A DNA stretch of 59,514 bases, taken from NCBI GenBank assembly GCA_002897715.1, contig BDUA01000011.1:1-59514 (forward strand). The letters are read 5' to 3'. Numbering within the stretch: position 1 is the first letter of the stretch; each line of letters starts with the position of its first letter. Below are positions 37,436 to 46,222 of the stretch, piece by piece. The translations under genes and the position numbers were made by a program. The notes under the pieces were generated by a model. The model was not told the origin of the DNA. It ran no database searches and saw nothing but the letters and a program-made list of their open reading frames with translations. The DNA comes from a bacterium BMS3Abin01 (GTDB lineage: Bacteria > Actinomycetota > Thermoleophilia > BMS3ABIN01).

Positions 37436-37794
37436 ATTCGATATCGTTACGGGAATTATATCGGAATACGTATTGAATGTCCATCGAAGTAGCGGATACA
37501 ATTATAATCGGTTAACTTGCATTTGTCTTCACAGGCAGGGGATAGGGGAATTGACAGGGGAAAGCCGGTCCTGACTTAGGAATCACCCGGTTTTTGCGAT
37601 ATAAACAGGGTGTTCTGCTTTTAATAGTCAGCTTCCTCCACCGGCAACGTAATAAGCCTCCATTTCTTCTCTCGAACCTCTCCCCCCACTCTAGCGAAGA
37701 CGCATTATCAAATTACGGGAAACGGGAGGTGGTGGCACTAACGCAGGGTGCAAGTCTAACCCTTAAGATACATTACTATTAGGAGGATGAAGGG

Positions 37795-40251
37795 ATGAAA
37801 GTTGCATTGAGCAACACTAAATGGCAACTGCTGCTACTGGCAACGCCGCTGGTACTGATCCTGGCGATAGCTATCGCCACCAGCGGCATGTCAGGCGCAG
37901 CTGATGCCGCGTACGGCGGTTACGGTTGCGGCGCCTATACGCCCTGCGACCAGGCTCCGCCCGCCTCTTACGGCCTCGGCAACGAGTTGCTGTATGTGGC
38001 CAACGGTGACGCCAGCGACGTACTGGTGATCGATGCCAATACCATGCGCAAGGTGGACACCATACCCGTGCCCGATGCCGACCCGGGCGGAGATGCCTGG
38101 GAGATCCACGGCATGATCCCGTCCCCTGACAGGAGCTCCATGTTCGCCATAGGCGCCCTGTCCGGAACGGCGGCCGACGTTACCATGTACGAGATCGATA
38201 CGGCCACCAAGAACGTAGTGCGCACTATCGGCCCCATGTACAGCTCCAACGTCGGTTATTGCGGCTTCGAGTACGACCGCAACGACGAGAACTCCAACCT
38301 GGTCTACGCCACCAACATGGGGACACCGTTACTCGGCCCCACCGGCAGCGTGGGCGGTTGGCAGGAAGTGGATATCTCCACCGGCACCGTGGGCAGGTTC
38401 ATACCTACGGACGCCAACGGCAACGGCGAGTCCAGCACCTGTGGCGTCGCCTGGGATGCCAGCGGCACTCACGGCTACGCCGGACTGATGTTCGACGCCC
38501 CGTCATCGGAGACCGAGATGGACTGGCCGGGCGCTACCACGATGAATTACAACGCCTCGTCCGGTACATCGGGCATCTCCTACCACCAGAGCACGGTGGA
38601 CAAGGAACGCGGCCTGCTGTTCCAGTCGGGCGGCAACGGTCACGTCCTTGATGTCTTCGACATCAGCGGCGGCAATCCGGTGCTGATCGGCACCATCGAC
38701 CTGGCGGCGCTTACCGGCGTCCCCTCGGCCGAACCTCATGGCCCGGAGATCTCCGCGGCCAACAGCAACGTCCTGTACGTCAATACGCGCCAGGTACCCG
38801 ATCCCAACCCATCGGGCGGTACAGTGCTGGCTATTGACGTCAGCGATATCAACGCTCCTGTACTGATCGGCGGCTACAGCGGCACCAATAAATCATCTTG
38901 CGGTGTCTTCGCCGACGCGGACAAGAGCCTGTACTACAGTCACGCAGATCCCAGCGGTACCGGTAGCGAGACCCTGCTGGTAGCTAACGGCAGCGACAGC
39001 GATGTGCTGGTAGCTGACGTCGCTTCCATGTCCTGGGTGGACAGCATCAATATCCCGGACGCCGACCCGGCCGGAAACGCCTGGGAGATACACGGCATGA
39101 TCCCGTCTCCGGACAGGACATCCGTCTACGCCGTAGGCGCCCTGTCCGGCACCTCGGCTGACGTGACCATGTATCAGGTCAACTCGGCCAACGACTCTGT
39201 CGTCGGCACTATCGGACCCATGTACGGCTCCAACGTCGGTTACTGCGGCATCGAGTACGACCGCAACGACGAGAGCTCCAACCTGGTCTACGCCACCAAC
39301 ATGGGGACGCCGTTACTCGGCCCCACCGACAGCGTGGGCGGTTGGCAGGAAGTGGATATCTCCTCCGGCACCGTGGGCAGGTTCATCAACACCGATGCCA
39401 ACGGCAACGGCGAATCCAGCACCTGTGGTGTCGCCTGGGATGCCAGCGGCACTCACGGCTACGCCGGACTGATGTTCGACGCCCCATCATCGGAGACCGA
39501 GATGGACTGGCCGGGCGCTACCACGATGAACTACAACGCCTCGTCCGGCACTCCGGGCATCTCCTACCACCAGAACACGGTGGCCAAGGAACGCGGCCTG
39601 CTGTTCCAGTCCGGTGGTACCGGTGGAGTCCTTGATGTCTTCGACATCAGCGGCGGCAACCCGGTGCTGATCGGCACCATCGACCTCGTCGCTCTCACCG
39701 GTGCGCCTTCTACCGAGCCTCATGGTCCGGAGATCTCGTCCATCGACGAGAACATCCTGTACGTCAATGTTCGCCAGGTACCCAGCCCCAACCCCTCCGG
39801 GGGATCACTGCTGGTTATCGACGTCAGCGACGTTACAGCTCCGGTGCTGCTTGGGACGATACAGGGCACCAACGAATCGTCCTGCGGCGTCTTCGCCATG
39901 AGCACAGCTTCATGGAACCCCGGCCAGCCCGCCCTGAGTCTCACCAGGGGCACGGTCTACTGGGCCTCCGTGGCTGACTACAACAACCGCATCCTGTCCG
40001 TCGACTACAGCATCGGCAACGCCGGACCGGACGCCAAGGACGTCACCATCGCCGGCACGGTCAACACCGGCGGCGTGACCTCGGTGAACACGCCCAGCCT
40101 GGCCGGCGACATCGCCGGCGGCGGCAGCGGCGCCTACATCGTCGAGTACTATGTGCCCGTCGGCGTAGTGGCGTTCAGCACCACCGTATACGCAACCGCT
40201 CAGAGCGGCGCCACCATCTACGACTACCCCGGTCCGTACCCCGGACCTTAA
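37795..40251 (+). CDS. Secreted protein with two tandem beta-propeller-like domains and a C-terminal beta-sandwich-like domain
   Basis: AGGAGG upstream, signal peptide, YVAN...VLVID and LYVN blade motifs, internal 328-aa duplication. Confidence 0.85.
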   Translation: MKVALSNTKWQLLLLATPLVLILAIAIATSGMSGAADAAYGGYGCGAYTPCDQAPPASYGLGNELLYVANGDASDVLVIDANTMRKVDTIPVPDADPGGDAWEIHGMIPSPDRSSMFAIGALSGTAADVTMYEIDTATKNVVRTIGPMYSSNVGYCGFEYDRNDENSNLVYATNMGTPLLGPTGSVGGWQEVDISTGTVGRFIPTDANGNGESSTCGVAWDASGTHGYAGLMFDAPSSETEMDWPGATTMNYNASSGTSGISYHQSTVDKERGLLFQSGGNGHVLDVFDISGGNPVLIGTIDLAALTGVPSAEPHGPEISAANSNVLYVNTRQVPDPNPSGGTVLAIDVSDINAPVLIGGYSGTNKSSCGVFADADKSLYYSHADPSGTGSETLLVANGSDSDVLVADVASMSWVDSINIPDADPAGNAWEIHGMIPSPDRTSVYAVGALSGTSADVTMYQVNSANDSVVGTIGPMYGSNVGYCGIEYDRNDESSNLVYATNMGTPLLGPTDSVGGWQEVDISSGTVGRFINTDANGNGESSTCGVAWDASGTHGYAGLMFDAPSSETEMDWPGATTMNYNASSGTPGISYHQNTVAKERGLLFQSGGTGGVLDVFDISGGNPVLIGTIDLVALTGAPSTEPHGPEISSIDENILYVNVRQVPSPNPSGGSLLVIDVSDVTAPVLLGTIQGTNESSCGVFAMSTASWNPGQPALSLTRGTVYWASVADYNNRILSVDYSIGNAGPDAKDVTIAGTVNTGGVTSVNTPSLAGDIAGGGSGAYIVEYYVPVGVVAFSTTVYATAQSGATIYDYPGPYPGP
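37980..39900 (+). repeat. Intragenic direct duplication, 984 bp period
   Basis: aacgacgag at 38281 and 39265; cores near-identical in DNA. Boundaries approximate. Confidence 0.92.
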
Positions 40252-40298
40252 GGGCGAGTCGGAGATAACGCGGCGAACTGACGTGAAAGGAGAACCAG

Positions 40299-40433
40299 AT
40301 GGCCTCTAAACAGAGTGACCACCGGGAGCCTTACGCCAAGCCTGAGCTGGTGAAGCACGATAACTTGAAGGATGTAACCTTCGAGTGCCCCAACTGGCAG
40401 TGCAGCGTAACGGTTCCAGCGCCGCCGGCCTAG
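40299..40433 (+). CDS. 44-aa RiPP precursor-like peptide MASKQSDHREPYAKPELVKHDNLKDVTFECPNWQCSVTVPAPPA
   Basis: Not in the ORF track. AAAGGAGA RBS just upstream of ATG; YxxPxL...T leader pattern; followed by a terminator hairpin. Confidence 0.82.
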   Translation: MASKQSDHREPYAKPELVKHDNLKDVTFECPNWQCSVTVPAPPA

Positions 40434-40466
40434 ACACAGCCTGCGGCAAGCGGTAAGGCTAACAGC

Positions 40467-40504
40467 CGGAGGGCGGCCCCCACGGGGGCCGCCCTCCGTC
40501 ATTT
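40467..40504 (+). terminator. Intrinsic terminator-like hairpin
   Basis: CGGAGGGCGGCCCC-CACG-GGGGCCGCCCTCCG: perfect 14-bp stem followed by TCATTT. Confidence 0.8.
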
Positions 40505-40713
40505 ACGGTCGTTCAGACCATATCGCCACCATTCAAAACCGCTGTGACATATAGTAAAAAAGCTCCCCCGCCCCCTGAATAAAGAAAATTGACCCGTATG
40601 CCGATAACGCTAACGAAGGAAAGACAGCATGGACAAATCGGGCCAGTCCAGGGGGACCTTTTAGGGTGAGACGATGAGTCTCGGAAGGCTATGAAATCTA
40701 TTCGAACTGCTGA

Positions 40714-41157
40714 TTGTCTACAAAAAACAAAAAACAGGTTAACGAATATTTCATACAGAGAGTCGTCCTCTCACAAGGTCAGGTTATAGATCTGGTCTGC
40801 TTCGATGAAGATGAATGCGTCGAAAGCATAATTGAGGAAATCATGACTGAACTACAGAAGAAAAAGACAGAAATCCAGACCTGTCCCCTCTGTAAGTCAG
40901 AGCTGGTCTACCCCGTTGAACGGTGCCAGGTCAACGATATGGAGTGGAAAGTACTGTTGCTCTGTCCCAACTGTTCATGCAAGCGGGAAATGGTCGTCGA
41001 GCGCGAGACCGTTCGCGAACTTCTGAAGAGCGCCAGGGTGGGCCGTGAGTCCCTGATGAGAGAACTGGACAAAATGCAGAAGAGAAACATGGAAGAGGAA
41101 GTTGACAAGTTCATCTGCGCTCTCAACAAGGACCATATCCTTCCCATTGATTTCTAG
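40714..41157 (+). CDS. Zinc-ribbon hypothetical protein
   Basis: CPLC...ELVYPV...CPNC, C-terminal helix ending DHILPIDF. Confidence 0.75.
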   Translation: MSTKNKKQVNEYFIQRVVLSQGQVIDLVCFDEDECVESIIEEIMTELQKKKTEIQTCPLCKSELVYPVERCQVNDMEWKVLLLCPNCSCKREMVVERETVRELLKSARVGRESLMRELDKMQKRNMEEEVDKFICALNKDHILPIDF

Positions 41158-41230
41158 ACCTTCTTAACCGCACCCCGGCGACTGGGCAAATCGGGGAACA
41201 GGCAAAACGGGGGAGGCATCATCGTTTACT

Positions 41231-41485
41231 GTGAGCAAAAACATGATGCCGGATATTCCAGATACACGAAGCAAGCCGGGCTGCGAATGTCCCGTAGAGC
41301 AGCCCGCACCCCAGATGTGCGTCAATTGCATCGAGTCCAGCGGTGGCGCCCTCAGCAACATTCAGAGAGTGATGGCAGGCCCCAACGGAGTCGTAGTCGG
41401 GGTGAAGCTGCGTAGCGCCGCGGAAGTGCAGGGCTGGATGGAATCACTCGATACCGGCAGATGCCCCTGCCTGTCGTTCACCTGA
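41231..41485 (+). CDS. Small Cys-rich hypothetical protein
   Basis: CEC, CVNC, CPC motifs; fills the gap before the convergent rho. Start uncertain. Confidence 0.5.
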   Translation: MSKNMMPDIPDTRSKPGCECPVEQPAPQMCVNCIESSGGALSNIQRVMAGPNGVVVGVKLRSAAEVQGWMESLDTGRCPCLSFT

Positions 41486-41498
41486 GCGAAAGACCCCC

Positions 41499-42689
41499 TC
41501 ACTTGGCGGAGTTCTTCTGGATCTCCTTGAGAAAATGAGCGTTATCCTTGGTGTCGCGCAGTTTGGAGATAAGCAGTTCGATGGCGGCGCCGGGATCGAG
41601 AGCGTGAAGCACATTCCTCAGCTTCCACACCTGGATCGCCTCTTCTTCCTCCATCAACAGCTCCTCCTTGCGGGTACCGGAGCGCTCGATGTCGATAGCC
41701 GGGAAGATGCGCTTGTCGGCCAGCCTCCGGTCAAGATGCAGTTCCATGTTGCCGGTGCCCTTGAACTCCTCGAAGATCACCTCGTCCATACGGCTGCCCG
41801 TATCCACCAGAGCGGTGGCCAGTATGGTCAGCGAGCCGCCCTCCTCCACGTTCCGGGCTGCCCCGAAAAACTTCTTTGGCGGGTAGAGGGCGGTGGAATC
41901 CACGCCTCCCGAGAGGATCCGTCCGCTGGCCGGCGCGCTCAGGTTATAGGCTCGCGCCAGCCTGGTGATGCTGTCCAGAAGTACTACCACATCACGTCCT
42001 GATTCAACCAGACGCTTGACCCGGTCCAGCACCAGCTCGGCCACCTGGATATGATTCTCCGACGGCTGGTCGAAAGTAGAACTGACCACTTCACCGTTCA
42101 CCGAACGCTCCATGTCGGTAACCTCTTCCGGGCGCTCATCCACCAGCAGGACCAGCAGATAGACGTCCGGGTTGTTGGCCGTGATGCTATTGGCGATCTG
42201 CTTGAGGATGGTAGTCTTGCCCGCCTTGGGTGGTGACACGATCAAGCCCCGCTGGCCCTTGCCGATAGGCGTCGTCAGGTCGATAACCCGCGTGGCGATA
42301 TCGGTGGGCTCGGTCTCCAGGCGCAAGCGCTCCGTGGGAAACAGAGGCGTCAGCCGGTCGAAAGTGGGCCGGTCGCGCGCTTCCTCCGGGTCCAGCCCGT
42401 TGACCGCCACGATCTTCAGCAACGCGTTGTATTTCTCGCTGTCCTTGGGCTCCCTTACCTGCCCCGACACCTCATCGCCGCGCCGGAGACTGAAACGCCG
42501 TATCTGGGACATGGACACATAGATGTCATTGTCGCTCTGATTATAACCGCGGGTACGCAGGAAACCGAACCCGTCCGGTAACAGGTCCAGGGTCCCGGTG
42601 CGGATATCGACATCCTCCGCCGGGGCGTTACCCGAACCTTCGCTCTTCCTGGTTTTCTTATCCTGTTCCTGGTTTTCCTTGACTGCCAT
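41499..42689 (-). CDS. rho: Transcription termination factor Rho
   Basis: [49 protein letters not shown]. Confidence 0.97.
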   Translation of the reverse strand: MAVKENQEQDKKTRKSEGSGNAPAEDVDIRTGTLDLLPDGFGFLRTRGYNQSDNDIYVSMSQIRRFSLRRGDEVSGQVREPKDSEKYNALLKIVAVNGLDPEEARDRPTFDRLTPLFPTERLRLETEPTDIATRVIDLTTPIGKGQRGLIVSPPKAGKTTILKQIANSITANNPDVYLLVLLVDERPEEVTDMERSVNGEVVSSTFDQPSENHIQVAELVLDRVKRLVESGRDVVVLLDSITRLARAYNLSAPASGRILSGGVDSTALYPPKKFFGAARNVEEGGSLTILATALVDTGSRMDEVIFEEFKGTGNMELHLDRRLADKRIFPAIDIERSGTRKEELLMEEEEAIQVWKLRNVLHALDPGAAIELLISKLRDTKDNAHFLKEIQKNSAK

Positions 42690-43001
42690 GTTTTCTCTTT
42701 CTCGCTTGCCGGTCTTGCCGGTTTGAATGGATGGGAACTCTTTTCAGATATCGCTCAAGTGTTTTTGGACTGGAAGCTGTTTCGCGTCCTCCCCCTCGCA
42801 CTGCCACCACATATGGAATATCCCAAGGCTACCTTGGCATCAAGATGGATACCCGTATATCTTCCGGAAACATCGGGGGGAATTTCACAATGCCGCAACC
42901 GGGAAGCGTGTTAAAGGTTACGTGCAAAGGATGTCGGATGCTTGCCACAATTACTTTAATAAAAAAACCGCCGTTTGAAAAGACCTCCGTCCATATTTCT
43001 T

Positions 43002-43943
43002 TCAGCCCGTGTTTATCATCAGACCGCTGGACTGCTGGTAACGGTTAACCGAATCCAGCACGATATCCATGGCCGTGGCCACCGCATCGTCTATACTCTG
43101 GTTGTCGATGACCGGGACATCGACCTTCCTGGCCCTTTCTACCAGATACCTCTGTATCAGCCTTATCTTCTCGATGTTGTCCAGATACTTCTTCAGGGAA
43201 CGTACCCCGTCCGTTTCCTGATCGCGCACGAAGAAATGGCTCTTGTGGTGATCCTCGTCCTTTACGATGAGCACCATCTGGATAACGATGGCATCATGCC
43301 AATATTCCTCGTTCAGGTAGCCGGGGACTATATGGGCCCCCTCCAGCACCATCCTCGTTCCCTCACGGATAGCCCTCTCGATGATAGCGTTGATACCTAC
43401 GCTCACCTTTTCGACCTGTTCGATATATCCGGCCAGGTCGCGGTTCACTCCCCGGGCCATATCCGGTCTCACCGCCTTTGCCGCCTCAAAGGATGAATAA
43501 TGTATGGCCGGCATCAACTCCTCGGAGAAGAAGGCCCGCATCACCTGCCGTACCGAATCACTGGAGGTCAGCCGCGTCACGCCCAGCCGGTGGGCCACCT
43601 GTGTGGCCAGGGTGCTCTTGCCCACCCCGGTGGCGCCGCCAATGAGGATGACAATGGGTTTCTCCAGCTTCCCCAACATACGCCACCGCCGGTAGCGCTC
43701 GGTAAAACTCTGTCCTTCCTCCTCGCCCAGGACCTGCTGGGCGATCTCACGCAGCCGCTTAAGCGAGATGCTCGACTGGCCGCTATCGTGAAGGTGCTGC
43801 TCGATCTCACGGGCTACATGGTAAGCGCGTTCCGGCGGCAGGCCCGTAGCCATGATGGACTGGGCCATCAGGCCCTTGGAGTACGGCAGGCCGTATTCCT
43901 TGTCCACAATCTGCAGATCTGGATGTATATCCTTTTCCGCCAT
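43002..43943 (-). CDS. pgk2: 2-phosphoglycerate kinase (archaeal type, ATP-cone)
   Basis: LPYSKGLMAQS ATP-cone, IGGATGVGKST, DSVRQVMR, LEGAHIVPG; adjacent to cpgS. Confidence 0.88.
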   Translation of the reverse strand: MAEKDIHPDLQIVDKEYGLPYSKGLMAQSIMATGLPPERAYHVAREIEQHLHDSGQSSISLKRLREIAQQVLGEEEGQSFTERYRRWRMLGKLEKPIVILIGGATGVGKSTLATQVAHRLGVTRLTSSDSVRQVMRAFFSEELMPAIHYSSFEAAKAVRPDMARGVNRDLAGYIEQVEKVSVGINAIIERAIREGTRMVLEGAHIVPGYLNEEYWHDAIVIQMVLIVKDEDHHKSHFFVRDQETDGVRSLKKYLDNIEKIRLIQRYLVERARKVDVPVIDNQSIDDAVATAMDIVLDSVNRYQQSSGLMINTG

Positions 43944-43946
43944 AGG

Positions 43947-45314
43947 TCAACTGAAGTCGGCTATCGCCTGCTCGGCCAGGCCGATGACGAGACGCCCCAG
44001 ACGTTCATCTCCATCCACTTCCATCGGTACGTTGTCGCAGAAGACCACCTCGGTCCCCCGTCTTGCCGCCTCTTCCGCCACCACGTCCACTGCCGCAGCC
44101 TTGATCTCGGTAAGAAAAATATCCACCTCTCCCCCTCCAAGCTCCGAAAGAGCCTGGCGCAACTTTCTCCTGTCAGCCAGCTCCGTTGAGATAAAATCGA
44201 CGGTACAACCATATGTCGAAGAGATATACTCGGCGATACGGTCCACCACTTCCCCCTGGGCTGTCGTGAAATAGGCCACTCTCCTGCCGCGGATATCACC
44301 GTCCGGCTTCGGCCTCAACACCGTGGCCACTACTTCCGCCGACGGATTCAGCTCCCGGATATCCTTCTTAAGCTTTTCCACCTTCGCCGGGCTGGCGAGC
44401 GGCTCCTCACACATGGTCAGTACTACCAGATCCGATATCAGGATACGAAATGATCCCAGATACCCGAGAATATAATCATAGGGCTGGTCGGCGCCAGCGA
44501 CACAGATGGTCCTGTTGACCTTGATGGGCGGAAGGGCCGCGCCGCTCCCTTCAAACACCAGCAGGTCCGCCGGCAGCTTTTCCGCGATCCTGGCGCCCTC
44601 CACCACGTTGGAGATGAACGGTTCCCCTGCCAATCCGCCGCCGCAACGGCGGCAACCGATCGTCGTCACCGAGCTCAGGGCCGCGTCCTCCAGATAGTCC
44701 GAAGCCGCGTGCCGCCCCTGACGGCTGTACGCAAGCAGTTCATCCACACCGATATGGCGCTGCCGGCCCTCGATTACCTCCGGCTCCGGCGGCCCACCGC
44801 GTCCCATGGCCACCACGACTACGCCTTCGTCCCGGCCCGATGCGGAGAATGCCCTGGAAATTTCCCGGGCCATAAAACCGCTTACCGCGGTTTTGCCTAT
44901 CCTTTTGCCGGTACCGATAATGGAAACAGAGGGCTTCTGGGAAAGCTCATGAAAAGACGGTGGAAGTAAGGTAAAGTCTGCGCCCCGATATTCCGCCCCG
45001 GAAGCCAGTGTCAAACTGGCATACCGGAAACGCTCAACATATCCTAACACCGGCTCGTCGCTCAAGTCAATCACTACTTCGGGCTCATGTTCGCTGATGG
45101 CCAGCAACAGCGCTTCCGACGCGTCCTCGTGCAGAAACACGGGAACACCGTACTCATTCTGTTCCGCGTCGCCTACCAGCGAGGTGTCGATCTTCTCCGT
45201 GCCCCCGAGAAAGACCGCCGCGCGCAGGTCGAACCTGGCGGAGATCTCCTCCAGCGCCTCCCTGACTACCCCTGGATAATGCTCACCATCGATAAGGGCG
45301 ATAGCCCGCTTCAC
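43947..45314 (-). CDS. cpgS: Cyclic 2,3-diphosphoglycerate synthetase
   Basis: ALIDGEHYP, GGTEK, DLSDEPVL, GTGKRIGKTAVS, MGRGGPPEP, HAASDYLED, GCRRCGGGLAG, EGSGAA, TEIKAAAVD. Confidence 0.9.
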   Translation of the reverse strand: MKRAIALIDGEHYPGVVREALEEISARFDLRAAVFLGGTEKIDTSLVGDAEQNEYGVPVFLHEDASEALLLAISEHEPEVVIDLSDEPVLGYVERFRYASLTLASGAEYRGADFTLLPPSFHELSQKPSVSIIGTGKRIGKTAVSGFMAREISRAFSASGRDEGVVVVAMGRGGPPEPEVIEGRQRHIGVDELLAYSRQGRHAASDYLEDAALSSVTTIGCRRCGGGLAGEPFISNVVEGARIAEKLPADLLVFEGSGAALPPIKVNRTICVAGADQPYDYILGYLGSFRILISDLVVLTMCEEPLASPAKVEKLKKDIRELNPSAEVVATVLRPKPDGDIRGRRVAYFTTAQGEVVDRIAEYISSTYGCTVDFISTELADRRKLRQALSELGGGEVDIFLTEIKAAAVDVVAEEAARRGTEVVFCDNVPMEVDGDERLGRLVIGLAEQAIADFS

Positions 45315-46147
45315 CCGGAACTCTCCTTGTTTTGGTCTGCCGATTTCTCAAAAGCGAAGGTGGATGGATAGAACTTGATTATCTGGTCAGCGTCGTGGAA
45401 GGGGTATTTCCTCCAGACCGTTACCTGGTCGTCACTGATCTCGATAACATTGTAGCAGGGACGCACCTTGCCGCGAAGCCTGAGGGTGCAGACGGTACCG
45501 GCATTGACGGCGAACATATTCTCCAGGCGCCAGGCGTTGGGTACATGCTTGTGGCCGCTCAGCACCAGGTTGACGCCGCACTCCTGCAGCACCTGCAGGG
45601 TATCGCCGGCGTCATAGACCACATTGCGCTCACGACCCGTTCCGGGGACGGGCAACAGGTGATGGTGCAGCATGAAGACCCGGAAATTGGCAGGCGTCTC
45701 GAACTGCTCCTTCAGCCAATGGTAACGATGGCGGCCGATGGTTCCGTAATCGAGATCGGGCTCGGACGAGTCCACACCGATGATACTGATGCCGTCCCGG
45801 TGACGGCAGACCTGCCGGGAGCCGAACATGTCCTCAAAGTGCACATAGCCCACATTGCGGGCGTCGTGATTCCCCGGCACCACCAGCATATTCTCACACT
45901 GGATCTTGTCCAGATAGCTCTTGGCCAGCAGGTATTCCTGCTTGAACCCCTCATTGGTCAGGTCGCCGGTAACGACCACCACGTTAGGCTTGAGTTCGTT
46001 CAGTTCGATAACAGCGCGGTCCATGAGGTTGGGAACGAAATACTGCGAACCGGCATGCATATCAGATATATGGGCCACGACGAACGGCTTGTCTTTGGTG
46101 ATGCCCCCGGATTTTTCCGATGACGACACGGTTGCTTCAGGGTTCAT
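45311..46147 (-). CDS. Calcineurin-like metallophosphoesterase (Icc/CpdA-like)
   Basis: SDMH, TGDLT, PGNHD, HHH, SGHKH; stop overlaps the cpgS start. Confidence 0.9.
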   Translation of the reverse strand: MNPEATVSSSEKSGGITKDKPFVVAHISDMHAGSQYFVPNLMDRAVIELNELKPNVVVVTGDLTNEGFKQEYLLAKSYLDKIQCENMLVVPGNHDARNVGYVHFEDMFGSRQVCRHRDGISIIGVDSSEPDLDYGTIGRHRYHWLKEQFETPANFRVFMLHHHLLPVPGTGRERNVVYDAGDTLQVLQECGVNLVLSGHKHVPNAWRLENMFAVNAGTVCTLRLRGKVRPCYNVIEISDDQVTVWRKYPFHDADQIIKFYPSTFAFEKSADQNKESSG

Positions 46148-46222
46148 CGATATGTCTCCTGGTGATTGGGAAACGGCTTTTCAGCTTTCGGCTGGTGAAC
46201 GGCATTCCATGAGAGCGTGGGA

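Noticed and set aside
37731-37752. TGGCAC upstream of the propeller gene as a second sigma-54 promoter
   Set aside because: No GC 10 nt after the GG (reads GG-CACTAACGCA-GG).
37594-37782. 62-aa ORF upstream of the propeller gene
   Set aside because: TTG start, no RBS, no recognisable composition; more likely promoter or leader DNA.
40299-40433. Calling the peptide a lasso peptide
   Set aside because: No Asp/Glu acceptor at core positions 7-9, and no lasso cyclase or B2 protease in the window.
40543-40558. TGTGA-N6-GTAAA as a Crp site
   Set aside because: Second half-site is a poor match to TCACA.
40600-41220. Riboswitch (for example c-di-GMP-I) in the intergenic hairpins at ~40630-40690 or ~41170-41215
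   Set aside because: Conserved core motifs are not present in the right arrangement; only short generic hairpins. An Infernal/Rfam scan would settle it.
42723-43048. Short plus-strand ORFs between rho and pgk2
   Set aside because: Mutually overlapping, no RBS or motifs, antisense to the probable rho leader.
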